Shown here: in pieces, positions 17,169 to 34,808 of the stretch
Numbering within the stretch: the stretch's first letter is position 1
Layout: each line of letters begins with the position of its first letter
The notes under the pieces: generated by a model
The model's database searches: none
What the model saw: the letters and a program-made list of their open reading frames with translations, nothing else
What the model was told of the DNA's origin: nothing
Position numbers and translations under genes: made by a program
Assembly (NCBI RefSeq): GCF_009914755.1
Contig: NC_060926.1
Direction: 5' to 3' (one strand)
Length of the DNA stretch: 64,000 nt
From: the human T2T-CHM13v2.0 reference genome, Homo sapiens

Positions 17169-17571
17169 AGATCTGAATAGGAAACATTTGTCATCTATTG
17201 TCTCTAAGGGTAGCCACTATAAGACTTCAAAAGAACATTGGTCTTTACAGTCTTTTATCTTAACCTGAACATTTCCTTTCTATGGATCCCAGGTCTTTAG
17301 GCAAATGCAACCAATTATCAACCAGAAAATATTTAAACTTACCTATAGCCTGGAAGCCCCTCACCACCACCGGCTTTGAGTTGTCCCACCTTTTAGGACC
17401 AAACCAATGTATTTCTTAAATGTATTTGATTGATGTCTCATACCTCCTTAAATTGTATAAAAACAAGCTGCACCCTGACCATCTTGAGCACATGTACTCA
17501 GGACCTCTTGAGGGCTGTGTCACAGACCATGGTCACTCATGTTTGTCTCAGAATAAATCTCTTCAAATACT
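17169..17571 (+). mobile_element. MER4-like ERV1 LTR 3' portion, ending in a poly-A tail
   Basis: ggaccaaaccaatgta...ccatggtcactcat...cagaataaatctcttcaaata; A19 tail at 17572-17590. Confidence 0.75.
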
Positions 17572-17870
17572 AAAAAAAAAAAAAAAAAAACCTCCAGAAT
17601 TTTACTTCATTCCTGGAAAGTCCCATAGATCTAGAGCTAGGAAGAAGAATTATGTTGAAAATCTTTCCTGGAGATGGGTCAAAGTATTTTTGTATAATTA
17701 GAAAAAGAAAAGGTGGGGGTAACATGAAGATATGAACTCTGTAATTGACAGTGCTTTCACCAGCACCCAAATGGTGTCCTTATAAATATCATGGCTATGT
17801 TCTTATAACTAAACGTGCATGATTCTTTCCTTCTCCACTTGGTTATTCACACCGAATCCTCTATTCGGGG

Positions 17871-18356
17871 TGTGGTATGCAGAATAATGTCCCCCGCCAA
17901 AGACGTCCACGTCCTAATTCCAGAGACATGTTACTTTTACGTGGCAAAGAGCAGAGACTTTGCAGGTGTGATTAAGTCAAAGAGCTCTACACAAGAGGTT
18001 ATCCTGGATTATTCAGTGAGTCAATGTAATTATAAAGTAGAAGAGGGAGGCAGATGAAAGAAATGTGAGTAACTCAATGGGAGAAGGCCTCAACCTGCTT
18101 TAGCTGGCTCTGAAAATGGAAGAAAAAGGCCATAAGCCAAGGAACTCAGCAGCCTTCATGCGGTGGAAAGGGAAGGGAAATGCAGTCTCCCCTAGAGCCT
18201 CCCAAAAGGAACACAGCCCTGCCGACACCTTCATCTTAGCCCAGTGAGACCAGGGTCAGACTTCTGACCCACAGAACTCTCAGGTAATAAATGTGTGTTG
18301 TCTTAAGGCACTAAATTCACAGTAATTTGTTACAGTGGCCATAGAAAACTAATACC
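17871..18356 (+). mobile_element. MLT1 (MLT1D-like) MaLR solo LTR
   Basis: tgtggt...agaataatg start; gccgacaccttcatcttagcccagtgagac; gaaaactaatac end. Confidence 0.8.
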
Positions 18357-19765
18357 TGAGGCTTGACCATGGTGGCAGAAAATTCTGTGAACATCTGGTT
18401 CCTTCCTGACTGGTACTCCGCATCAATCATTAGTTGTTTTTGAATCTCACTCCCATTTACTAAATAGCAGCAATTTGATTCCCAAGAACAAAGAAAGAAT
18501 CTGAATCTCCTAAAATGTTCCCATACTCATAATACCACTGAGTCCTTACAGTCCTGCTAGAAATAAAAATCCATAGCGAAGCTTAGCAATTTCTGGTTGC
18601 TAAAAGGAGATAATTTGGAACAGGGTGGAATCTCGCATTTATTAATGGGTTATCATTCATGATCAGGTTCGGACTCTAGGTAATGAAAGACCAGTAAAGC
18701 TTAGGGGGACATGGCCACCTGGTGCTGAATCTCTCCTTCCTCTTCCAGTCCCATCCCAGAGGGAGGCAGGTCAGGACTAGAGTAAGATTAACTTCCAGAA
18801 GAAAGGCTTTCCCTCAATTCCCGGCCTGGAGCAACCAGCCACCAGCTGAATCTAGCCCTGTGGACCCCGGTACCTCCTGCCTTAGCAGCAATGCTTTTGC
18901 CATTTCAAATCTGCCACTTCAAATACGGGGACTGAGTATTTGAGTCAGGAAAGAGTCCCTTGAGCTCCTTCTCAGCTTATCCAGAAAGATGCAGAAGGGG
19001 ATAGACAATTGAAATCAGCCTGAGGCATGCAGCGTGGCTGGCCAAATGAGACTGCATACCCAGAAATGGCCTGGCACAGACTCTTTTTAGCAAGACTGAA
19101 GCTGCGCTTTTTGGAAATGAAGATACAATCTTATGTAAACCATATTAAGAGGTTGGTAGGCTGGGGCAGTGGAAAGAGACCTTGCTTGGGATTTCGGAGC
19201 CCTGAATTTTATTGTGGCCTCTGATACTGATTCACAGAGTCCCTTCAACTTGATATGCCTCAGTTTCCCTTCATGTGCTGTCAGGGGCTGTGTCAGACGA
19301 CCTGCCCGCTTCGCTGCACTATGAGCTTTGCTCTGCTTCAGGAATCAATTGCTGACCAAAAAGAGAAATAGAATTGTTCGCCAAAGACCCAGAGTGTCTT
19401 GATCCTGGGGTATCCTACGGCTCCTCGGATCTCCTCCTGGTCTCACACCCGCATCCCTTACCTTCCAGTCTGAGGCAGCCTGAGGACTGTGGGAGGGGAG
19501 GAAAGATCACGCCCTGATATTGGATGGAGATGGAGAGATTCCAAGAGAACTAACAGCAGAGTCTCAGGAAGGGTTTGCTCACTGAATGGAGAGGTCAGGA
19601 CTGGGACGGAGCTTAGCAGCAGCCGCTGGGCAGCAGCCCCTGCGCTCCCCAGCTGCCCTGTGCTCCTGGCCGAATCACAGGGGAGTGAGAGCTTCAGGAG
19701 ACCCACATCTCTAGCCTGGACACATGAGTGATATTGGGCATCTCCCTCCCCTTCTCTGGACCTCA

Positions 19766-20683
<918 letters not shown>

Positions 20684-21169
20684 TCACAGATTCTAGGGGC
20701 ATGAATAGAAACGCTTTCATCCGAGCTTCAAATATCCACAAACATTTGAACTTATATTACCGGGAATAGAAAGTCAAACATACATTCCCCAGAGAGCCCC
20801 GTTAGCTGGAAGGACAGCCTGTACCAACACAGGCTTCAAAGGCTCTCCCGAGGCCCCATTTCCTCTCCGGAAGAGTTAGCATGGTACAGGGCTGGAGGCT
20901 GCCAGGGGACCCCCATGGAACTCACTGTCTGTGAGAAGGAGATTTGCATAAATGTGGTGTCTGTCTACGGGAATGTGGTGGATTTAGGAAAGAGATACTG
21001 ACTGCCTGCGGAGACCAGGAAGACTTCTAAAACCAGGTGACATTTGAGCTGCGTCTTAAAACAATGGGCGCGAGTTCCAACAGAGCCTATCTGGTCGTCC
21101 TATTTCACTATTTTCCCTCTACAAGTGATCCTCCTCACACGATCCTAAACCTCACTTCTCATATTTGTA

Positions 21170-21495
21170 CCCCATGCTGGTAGCAGCATTATACACAATA
21201 GCCAAGAGGCGGAAACAACCCAAGTGTCTCTCTTTGTGTGAATGGAAAAGCAAAATGCAGTATCTACGTACAATGGAATACTGTTCAGCCTTAAAAGGGA
21301 GGAAATTTTGGCAGATGCTACAAAATGGATGAACCTTGAGAGTATTATGTTAAGTGAAATAAGCTAGTCACAAAAAGACAAATACTGTATGATTCCATTT
21401 ACATGGGGAATCTAGAGTAGTCAAATTCATAGAGACAGAAAGAATGGTGGTTAACAGGAGCTGAGGGGAAGTGGGGATGGGGAGTTGTATAATGT
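21170..21495 (+). mobile_element. L1MB-like 3' fragment
   Basis: gcagcattatacacaatagcc...atggatgaaccttgag...cacaaaaagacaaatactgtatgattcc. Confidence 0.75.
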
Positions 21496-21741
21496 ATCAA
21501 TGACATTGGGCAGTGATAGTCACACTGAGGGAAAAGGTCACTCAACTCCCACTGAGAACTCACCAATTTAGAAGGACCTTAGAAGAAACGAGAAGTTTGT
21601 AATAATGGGAAGAGGACACTAAGAAGTTTGAAAGAAACTATGCCAAGAAGAGGAGGGATTGATAAATACAGTATTTGCAAGCTCTGGTGGACATTTGTCT
21701 TTCGTCTTGCTTTTAGAATGATCCCCAAAGCCTTTGAACCC

Positions 21742-22280
21742 TACATTAGTCAGGGTTCTTGAGAGAAACAAAACCAATAAATTTTATATACACATACATA
21801 TAGAGAGAGGGTGGGGGGAGTAATTGAGATTATGAGGGATTGGTTCATGCGATTATGAAGGCTGAGAAGTCCCACAGTCTGCTGTCTGCAAGCTGGGGGC
21901 CCAGGAAAGCCAGTGGTGTAATCCAGTCCAAGCCTGAAGGCCCAAGAGCAGGAGAGCCAATGACATAAGGCCCAATCTGAGTCCAGAGACCCAAGAACCA
22001 GGAATGCTGATGTCCAAGGACAGGAGAAGCTGGTTGGCCCAGCTCCAGCAGAGAACACATTTGCCTTCCACTGTCTTTTTGCTCCATTCAAGCCCTCAAC
22101 AGATTGGATGATGCCCACTCCACTCACATAGATGAAGGTGATCTTCTTTGCTCAGTCTACCGATTCAAATGCTAATCTCTTCCAGAAACATCCTCACAGA
22201 CACACCCAGAAATAATATTTAATAGCTATCTGGGCATCCATTAGCCCAGTCAAGATGACACATTAAAATTCACCATCACA
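21742..22280 (-). mobile_element. MLT2 (ERVL) solo LTR
   Basis: ttagtcagggttct...gaggctgagaagtcccac-like...cacccagaaataat...accatcaca. Confidence 0.8.
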
Positions 22281-22743
22281 AATACCTTCCTAAATTTAGG
22301 GATTTCCAACTTCATGAGTCAGCACCTCCCCAAGTTGACTCCAAGAACTTGCTTCCCCAGCATCTCTTGCAGCTAGGATGTACATAAGTGGCCCAGTCTT
22401 CATCGATCATATGTGGTGTCTATGCCAAGCAGCAGTGACTCTAGGTCTCCCATATAGCAAACCTGCAGTATAATTTTGGGAATGGTTGATGACTGTGTGG
22501 CTTCCAAGCTTGATTCTTGAACCTTTCCAGAAATTATTTGAACCACTTAATATCCAGGGCTACATATGGATGGTGTAGGTGTACATTGCACAAGTTCACA
22601 GGGGCACTATTCACATTCATAGTCAACACATATTGATTATAACATTTGGAATTCCACTTCAACTGGGGAGTGATGTTTCTTGAGGAATGGTTGGCTTTTC
22701 CATTTGTACTTTGAGCTAGTAGTGGGACAAATAATACCCTTAA

Positions 22744-23080
<337 letters not shown>

Positions 23081-24723
23081 TCTTTTTCAGCTCATTCTAG
23101 CAGGAATGGGTTCTGTTTGCACCAACAATGTGGATATATTAATCTTGTGATTTTTTTTTTCTATTGCATACCACTGGGGGGCACTGTTTTAAAGAGCTCA
23201 AAATAAAAATCTCAGCTCCCTGGTGAATGTCCCTACACATTCGTTGTCAGTATCTCAGACAATTTCAGATGCTGGTGTATGAAAGTCATGCCATCTTGAA
23301 TGAAATAGAAATTGTCTGATAAGTTTGTATCTCCAGAGTTCACACTCCAGGGCGGTTGTCTTACATCTGATGTCCAAAGATTGTCAAATAAAACAAAGGT
23401 AGCTCTTCTGACAGAGGAATTCAGGTGGCTGTAGGGCCTTCTTGCATGTCACCAACTCAACTGGCTGCTGGACCAGGTGGTAACTTTGCTTTCAGGTGTT
23501 TACTTGGGAATATTGCAAAAGCTATATTTCTCTACCACTGCATATTATCTTATACTACTTTGTCAAGATAAAGACTAGAATAACTTTTTGATAACCTAAA
23601 GACTTAGGTCATAAAAAAGCCAAACAGAGGTTTTTTGAACTATTCAAAAATCTAAGAAATACAACAAAGATTTATATATACACTTTACATTGTTTTTAGA
23701 ATTTTATTATTTTTAAAATAGGTAATACATGCACTTGGTCTAAACTTTGAAAAGAAAAAAGAAACCGACCAAATGTTAGGATTACTTTCAACTTTGCATT
23801 ACTTCTTACAAGCAATAAATTCAACATGTTGGGAGAATTATTTTTCTCACAACTAGGATTTCAGCAGTAGAATAAGACTTGCAAGCTACTTAAGGAACCA
23901 CTTGTCTCCTGCTTTGCTGCCCTTAATGTGTGGATTTTGTTCCCAAGGCTGCTGGAACTCCAAGTATCATGTTGGCATTCCAGGATGAAGGAAGAGGGAA
24001 GACCAAAGGCCAAAGAGCAAAGGACCAAAAGATATTTGCTGCTGACATCTCATGGCCACACCTGGCCACAAGGGGGTCTTGAAAGGTAAGTTCTTAGCTT
24101 TTTTGATCCACAGTGAAGAAGGCAAAGGAAAACATGCATTGGAATGGGAGTTGACAGCTAACCTGTGGCATATACTACAGGTATATGGTGAAAAGGAACT
24201 ATCCCAACCACCCTTGCCAATAACACCACTGTTGCCAATGTCTTGAATGTGCATAGACTTGTAGGTGTAAACATTGAAAAATACGTGTGCAGACATCCAC
24301 TGTTCTATTGAAAGAAGACATATGTTTCCAACTTTAGACCAAAAAATCTACCCCCAAACAAGTTGAAAAGTCCTTTGATTCCATGGATGCATTGGAGAAA
24401 ATGTTGTCAAAAGATGTCCCAAGACTTCTTAAATCTGATAAATGACAGACCATGTACTTGGAGAAAAAAATTTGTTTTCTTTTGTGTTCAAAACTGTCTC
24501 AATCCCAAGGTGGAAGTCTTTTCCAGAAAGTATAGAACTCTTTACCTATGTTTTTTGCAATTTACCCACCTGAAAAAAACAAGTAATTATGAAAAATGAA
24601 TATGTTCAATAGCCTACAAGTTGTATTGCCATCTCTGTTTTTTAATTGCCACAGGGATTAAGATAGTACAAATTACGGATTGGTACTACCCATTAATATT
24701 TATTTTATTAAATAAATATTTCT

Positions 24724-25020
24724 AGACTGGATGTGGTAGCTCATGCCTGTAATCCCAGCACTTTGGGAGGTGGGAGGAGCGCTTGAGCCCGGGAGTTCAA
24801 GACCAGCCTGGGCAACATAGTGAGACTCCATCTTTATGAAAAATTTTTTAAAAATTAGCCAGGTGTGGTGGCACACACCTATGGTCCCAACTACTCGGGA
24901 GACTGAGGTAGGAGGACTGCTTCAGCTCAGGCCATTGAGGCTACAGTAAGCCATGATCGTAGCACTGCACTCCAGCCTGGGCGACAGAGTGAGACCCTGT
25001 CTCAATCAATCAATCAGTCA
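24724..25020 (+). mobile_element. Alu (AluJ-like) with (TCAA)n tail
   Basis: Dimer; aatatttct TSD. Confidence 0.88.
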
Positions 25021-25611
25021 ATATTTCTGTGAATAAGCAGAAAACATGGAAACTAAATCTAAACTCTTGTGTTTTAAGGCCTGTGCCTATTTTTAATACC
25101 AAATTCTTAGCTATATGAGAGTAGCTTGCAAATGAGATGAGGTTGAAGGCAAAGTTTGGCTTGCTCTAAAAAAGAAAAAAAAACACTATTTCTGAAACAC
25201 AGGAAGCACATTTCATTATTGCCAGTAAGTTCTGAAGAGGGCTGTTAATGACCTACTATTATTAACTAACATTTACAACTTAAGACATATTTCTATTCAA
25301 AATAGTAGAATCAATATTTGAAAAGAGCAACTCATAACACTTTTGCTTCCTTTAATAAAAGATTGGTTTTAATTTTTATTGTTTCATTTTAGAAGTACAA
25401 GCATGAGCATTAAGTTTCACTAGTAAATAAAAAAACAATTATCAAGTCAGCCAGTTCACTGTAATGTCTTCCCCAGAGTTGATTCTCTGAAGCCATATTG
25501 TAAATTAGGTTTTTCAAATTTGTTTTTACCACAATTCACTATAACAACACATTTTATATTATGAGCCAGTTACTGCACAAATATATAATACATATATACA
25601 ACAGAAATAAG

Positions 25612-25923
<312 letters not shown>

Positions 25924-27839
25924 CAGAAATGAGTTTTATAAAGCAATATTGACAACACATGTGATGCACTCCAATGATTCCTATTTTATTCAACTCCATT
26001 CATTTCTATTTCATTTTCTTAAAAATCTGGCTATAAACATCTAAATAGAATTCATGATTCACTAATGTTTGAAAACGTCTGTATTAAATAGATTTTCTTC
26101 TGCTGCCTCTGCCCTTTCAATCTATTACAAGTGTCTGGTTTGTTGCTTCAGTGGGCCTTACTCACTTTGTAATTATTTAATATGTATTAAATGCATTCAT
26201 TCCATCAGACTCCACTAGAGCATAGGCTCCAAGAGGGCAGAGGCAATGCTTGCATTGTTTGCTACTAAATTCCCAGAAATTCTACCTTACCACATGCAGG
26301 TTCACAACCTCTGTTAGGACTGAGACTTCAGGAAATGGGAGATCATGGAACAGAGCTGATATTCAGCCTTTCCTTGGCAGAGTAGTCAACAGGCATGATA
26401 GATTGTTTGTAGGAAGAGAAACAGCCTGGCACTGCTTTTTCCAGGAATTGAGTGGTGGCGAGTGCTCTGTTTCACTTCACTGACAACAGACTGCCCTGTG
26501 CTGGGCATTGGCTCCACAGACCATCTCTTCCTTGGCCTTCTCTAGCAGTGGAGTGAGATCCTCCTCCAACACCAGGCTCCTTCTAGGGAAGAAGTTTGGG
26601 GGAGACGCAGCCTAAAGTGTAATGTCTGTTTCAGCACATTAGCATGTGAGCATCTGTGGAAATTAAAACTATTTAACCAAGGCTAGAAAGTAAATTAAGA
26701 GTTGCTTTTCTTTAAAAAAATCACTTTAATATTGCTATAATTTTTTTACAATTCTAAAAAACTATTTATTAGTCAACTTTGGCTAGGTTATGCTATGGTA
26801 ACCAATGGCCCCACACTCATGTTCTTATAACAAAGGACGTTTATTTCTTGCTGTGTTATGTGTCCTTCATAGGTTGGCTGCAGCTCTCCTCCATGTCTTC
26901 TTCATTCTGGCACCCAGACATAGGAGCAGGCCCAATCTGGAATGTGCTGGTCTTGAGGCAAAGGAAGGAAAAAAGATGGTAGAATCATGCACCTGCAAGA
27001 AGGTGGCAAATCAATTTCATTCACGTTATTGGCTGGAGCAAGCCACGTGGCCAAGCCTGATGGCAGCAGTTGGGAAATATTAATATCAACTTTTTGCTGG
27101 AAAAATGGCAAATATTTGGAAACTACAACAGGATCTAGCACAATTTATTTAGACATTGCTTATGATGGGGATAGATGGGGGCCCTCAGAGGGCCCTTCTC
27201 TTAGAAGATTCAACAAGAACCCTTCATCTCTCATTCCAGGTTGGCTTCTCCTCAAGAGGCCACTCACGTTGGCTGATCTAATCCTAACCACTTTCTAACA
27301 GCTTTTCATCTTCATAAGTAGATAGCCTTGGTGGAGCAATTTCTTTGTTCTTGTTGCTTGGTGTCCTGCGAGTAGGGAAACTGCTAGCTCTCAGCTCAGG
27401 CCAAATGGGAAGCATGGTTGGAATCCGCTTCCAACAAGTTGTCACTCCCAAGAGTCATGCCCTTTCTTGACTTCGGGTTGTGCAGAGCCTGGCTCTAAAA
27501 TCTCCCAGGACACATGCAAGGCCATGGATCCCAAGATATATTTTTTCCACATCCTAGACTTACTGATTTATGACAAAACATGCAGTTGTGCTATTTACAG
27601 AAACCTCCAATGGAAGCCTTTTCATATCTCTCAGAGGTTCAGTCTTTTCCAGCTCTGGGTGCAAATCAAACAAAGGGGAAGGAGGCCTGTAGTCCCCATG
27701 CCCTGATGCAGTGGGCCTGCAACTGGACTGTCAGAATCACCCGGGAGGCCTTATCAAAGACAGATTCCTGGGCCCCCACCCTATATGGGCTGAATCAGAT
27801 GGTTGGGTTCTGGGCCCAGGAATTTCCAGTTTCTGGAGG

Positions 27840-30192
27840 TGTATTAGTCTGTTCTCATGCTGCTAATAAAGACATACCGGAGACTGGGTAATTTATAAAG
27901 AAAAGAGGTTCAATGGACTCACAGTTCTACATGACTGGGGAGCCCTCACAATCATGGCAGAAGGCAAAGGAGAAGCACAGGCACATCTTACATGGTGGCA
28001 GGCAAGAAAGCTTGTGCAGGGGAACTCCCGTTTATAAAACCATCAGCTCTCATGAGACTTATTCACCACCACAAGAACAGTATGGGGGAAACCACCCCCA
28101 TGACTCAATTATCTCTGCCTGGCACCAACCTTGACACATGGGGATTATTACAATTCAAGGTAAGATTTGGGTGGGGACACAGCCAAATCATATCATTCTG
28201 CCTCAGCCCCTCCCAAATCTCATGTACTCACATTTCAAAACCAATCATGCCTTCCCAACAGTCCCCTAAAGCTTTAACTCATTTCAGCATTAACTCAAAA
28301 GTCCACAGTTCCAAAGTCTCATCTGAGAGAAGGGAAGTCCCTTCAGCCTATGAGACTGCAAGATCAAAAGCAACTTAGTTACTTCCAAGGTACAAGGGTG
28401 ATACAGGCAATGAGTAAATACACCTGTGCCAAATGGGAGAAATTGACAAAAACGAAAGGGCTAGAGGCCCCGTGCAAGTCCAAAATCCTGGGGAGGGGTA
28501 GTCATATCTTAAAGCTCGAAAATGATCTCCTTTGACTCTGTGTCTCACATTCCAGGTCAAACTCATGCAAGAAGTAGATTCCCATGGCCTTGAGCAGCTC
28601 TGCTGCTGTGGCTTTGCAGGGTACAGCCCCCCTCTTGGTTGCTCTCACAGGCTGGCACTGAGTGTCTGCAGTTTTTCCAGGTGCATAGTGCAAGCTGTCA
28701 GTGGATCTACCATTCTGGGGTCTGAAGGATGGTGCCACTCTTCTCACAGCTCCAGTAGGCAGTGCCCCATTGGGACTCTGTGTGGGGGCTCCTACCCCAC
28801 ATTTCCCTTCTGCACTGCCCTAGTAGGAATTTTCCATGAGGGCTCTGCCCCTGCAGCAAACTTTTGTCTGGACATCCAGGCCTTTCCATATATTTTCTGA
28901 AATCTAGGAGGAGGTTCCCAAGCCTCAATTCTTGATTTCTGTGCACCTGCAGGCTCAACACCACGTGGAAGCCAACAAGGCTTCGGGCTTGCACCCTCTG
29001 AAGCAATGGCCTGAGCTCTTTGTTGGCCCCTTTTAGCCACAGGTGGGATGCAGAGCACCAAGTACCCAGACTGCACAAAGCAGCAAGTCCCTGGGCTGGG
29101 CCCACAAAAACATTTTTTCCTCCTAGGCTTCTGGGCCTGTGGTGGGAGGGGCTGCCATGAAGACCTCTGACATGCCCTGGATATATTTTCCCCATTGTCT
29201 TGGCGGTTAGCATTTGGCTCCTCATCACTTATGCAAATTTCTTCAGCAGCTTGAATTTCTGCTCAGGAAATGGGTTTTTCTTTTGTATTGCATCATCAGG
29301 CTGCAAATTTTCTGAACTTTTATGCTCTGCTTCCCTTTTAAATATAAGTTCCTATTCCAAACCATATCTTTGTGCATACATAAAACAAAATACTCTTAGC
29401 AGCACCCAGGTCACCTCTTGAACACTTTGCCACTTAGAAATTTCTTCCATCAGATGCCCTAAATCATCTCTCTCAAGTTAAAAATTCCAAAAATCTCTAG
29501 GACAGGGGCAAAATGCCACCAGTCTCCTTGCTAAAACATAGCAAGAGTCACTTTTGCTACAGTTCCCAATAAGTTCCTCATCTCCATCTGAGACCACCTC
29601 AGCCTGGACTTTATTGTCCATATCACTATCAGCATTTTTTTCAAAGCCATTCAACAAGTCTCTAGGAAGTTCCAAACTTTCCCACATTTTTTTGTCTTCT
29701 TCTGAGCCCTCCAAACTGTTCCAACCTCTGCCTGTTACCGAGTTCCAAAGTCACTTCCACATTTTTGAGTATCTATACAGCAGCAATTTACCAATATCAA
29801 TACCAGTACCAATTTATTCTACCAGTACCAAGTTACTGTATTAGTCTGTTCTCTTGCTGCTAATAAAGGCATACCCGAGACTGGGTAACTTATAAAGGAA
29901 AGAGGTTTAATGGACTCACAGTTCCACATAGCTGGGGAGCCTGCATAATGATGGCTGGAGGCAAAGGAGAAGCAAAGGCACATGTTACATGGCAGCAGGC
30001 AAGAGAGCTTGTGCAGGGGAACTCCCATTTACAAAACCATCACATTTCATGAGACTTATTCACTACCATGAGAACAGTATGGGGGAAACTGCCCCCATGA
30101 TTCAATTATCTCTACATGGCCCCACCCTTGACATGTGGGGATTATTACAATTCAAGGTGAGATTTGTGTGGGGACACAGCCAAACCATATCA
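27840..30192 (-). mobile_element. Full-length THE1 (THE1B/C-like) MaLR: 5' LTR 29837-30192, internal region 28196-29836, 3' LTR 27840-28195
   Basis: Two 356-bp LTRs (minus strand TGATATG...TAATACA); perfect 5-bp TSD GGAGG at 27835-27839 and 30193-30197; appears inserted in a MER5-like element. Confidence 0.93.
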
Positions 30193-31649
30193 GGAGGCAA
30201 CTGCTATGCCGAGGGAGTTTGTGTCCTGCAGTTTGTAGTATCTCATTCGAATGATCTTGGCAACAGGCCTGTATCTGCAGTAAGAGCAGGTGCAAGGAAA
30301 TGGCCACCAGCAAGGAAACTGCACAGTGGCCCCATGTCTTTGTTATGAATGGGACTTGCTGAGCATCTGGATCTGGGGTCATGAAACATCTGGGGCCAAT
30401 GAGTGACTATCCTCCCACCTCCTTCTCTCCACACCACACTTCTCAACAGCTATCACTTCTTAACCCATTTCTTACTGCCTCCCCTGTACCATCCTGGGGA
30501 AAGTGCTCTTCCTTCCTCCCCTGCACTATCCTAAGGAAAGTGCTCTCCTAAGTGCATAATGGCTCAGATCACCAAGCCCAGAGGCCTCTTGGTAGAGTTT
30601 AGATCACCCTGTTTTTGGCAGGAGCTCCAGTGTTAGCCCCTTCATCCCAGGTTGTCCTATAGTCCTGATTCTACACTGTCTCTCTCATTTGCCACTTCCT
30701 TTTCTTCTTTCCATGCTCTATGAAGTGTGGAAGTCCACAGGCTTTTTTCTAAATCAGCTTTTAAAAAGGAAAATCGATTTTTTTCTTAGTATAAAAGTAA
30801 CATATACTTTACTATACAGAATGTAGAAACTGTAGATAAGCAAAAGAATGGAAAGACCATCCATAGACTACCACCCAAAGATAAGCTATGTGGTATTACC
30901 TCTTTTGTCTCTGCTTATATATGCATCCATTTTTATTAAAAATGAGACCATGCTATGTTGTAGGGTTATAACTTGCTTTCTGTACTTAACATATAGTGAA
31001 CACTTTTCTGTTATATTCTTCAAATACAACATTTGTAATGACTGTACTGTATTTCACTGTATATTTCATTTACTTAACCAATTTTCCATTGTGGGACATG
31101 TAGTTTCTACTTGTTTTTAATTGCAAGCTGTGCTTCACTGAACCTTTTTTCATGAATCTTTGTGAATTACTATTATCTCCCTAGAAGAAATTACTAGAAA
31201 TGGAAGGGCTGAAATGACTAGGTCTTGATACTTTGTGTACCATCTATGTTAGGAGTCTCAACTACCAGCGTTGTTTCAGCTACCACCTCTATATTGCTAA
31301 TTTCCAGATCAGAGTCTCTTGTCCCAACCTACTCCTGAGCAATAAAACTACATTTGTAACTCGCTTTTGTACTCCTCTATTTAAAGGTCACAAAAGTACG
31401 TCATGCTCAATCATAACCAAGAATGAACTCATCTTCCTCTTTTTTAAAAAAGCTCACTGTCCTTTATTCCCCATTTATTCCACTATTCCTCTGGCCAGAC
31501 AGGCATGAAAGAAATCTTGATGACCTCCTTCCTCTCTTGATCCTTTCATATTAAGTTGCGAAGTCTTTGATTGACATCTCTACCAGTTCAAGTCCTAACC
31601 AACTCTCAAGACCTATCTCAAATCTGCTCACTGTAGGAAGCTTATCTTC

Positions 31650-32530
<881 letters not shown>

Positions 32531-32546
32531 TAAAAGATCATGAACT

Positions 32547-32707
32547 GGCTGGATGTGGTGGCTCACACTTGTAATCTCAGCACTTTGGGAGACCAAGGAG
32601 GGAGGATTGCTTGAGGACAGGAAATTGAGGGTGCAGTGAGCTATAATTGCACCATTGCACTACAGCCTGGGTGATAAAGACCCTGTCTCTAAAAAATAAT
32701 AATAAAA
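32547..32707 (+). mobile_element. Alu monomer (FLAM/FAM-like)
   Basis: Single-arm Alu with A tail. Confidence 0.75.
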
Positions 32708-32874
32708 GATAATTAACTGTTTAACCAAAAGTGAGTCACAGACGGTCAGAGGAAGAAGGAATGTACAATCTCATTTGCAATCTGAATTACTTACTGAATT
32801 CATATAATTGGTGGGAGGGCCAGGAATATAAATCAAGTTCTCTGATGCAACCTAACCAAATGATAACAGATATA

Positions 32875-34808
<1,934 letters not shown>

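Noticed and set aside
28350-29844. ORFs up to 173 aa inside the THE1 internal region
   Set aside because: Broken remnants of the MaLR internal ORF in several frames; no intact product
27925-29945. PRDM9 hotspot motif CCTCCCTAGCCAC often found in THE1 LTRs
   Set aside because: Both LTRs diverge at the site (GCTCCCCAGTCAT and GCTCCCCAGCTAT on the minus strand) and do not match CCNCCNTNNCCNC
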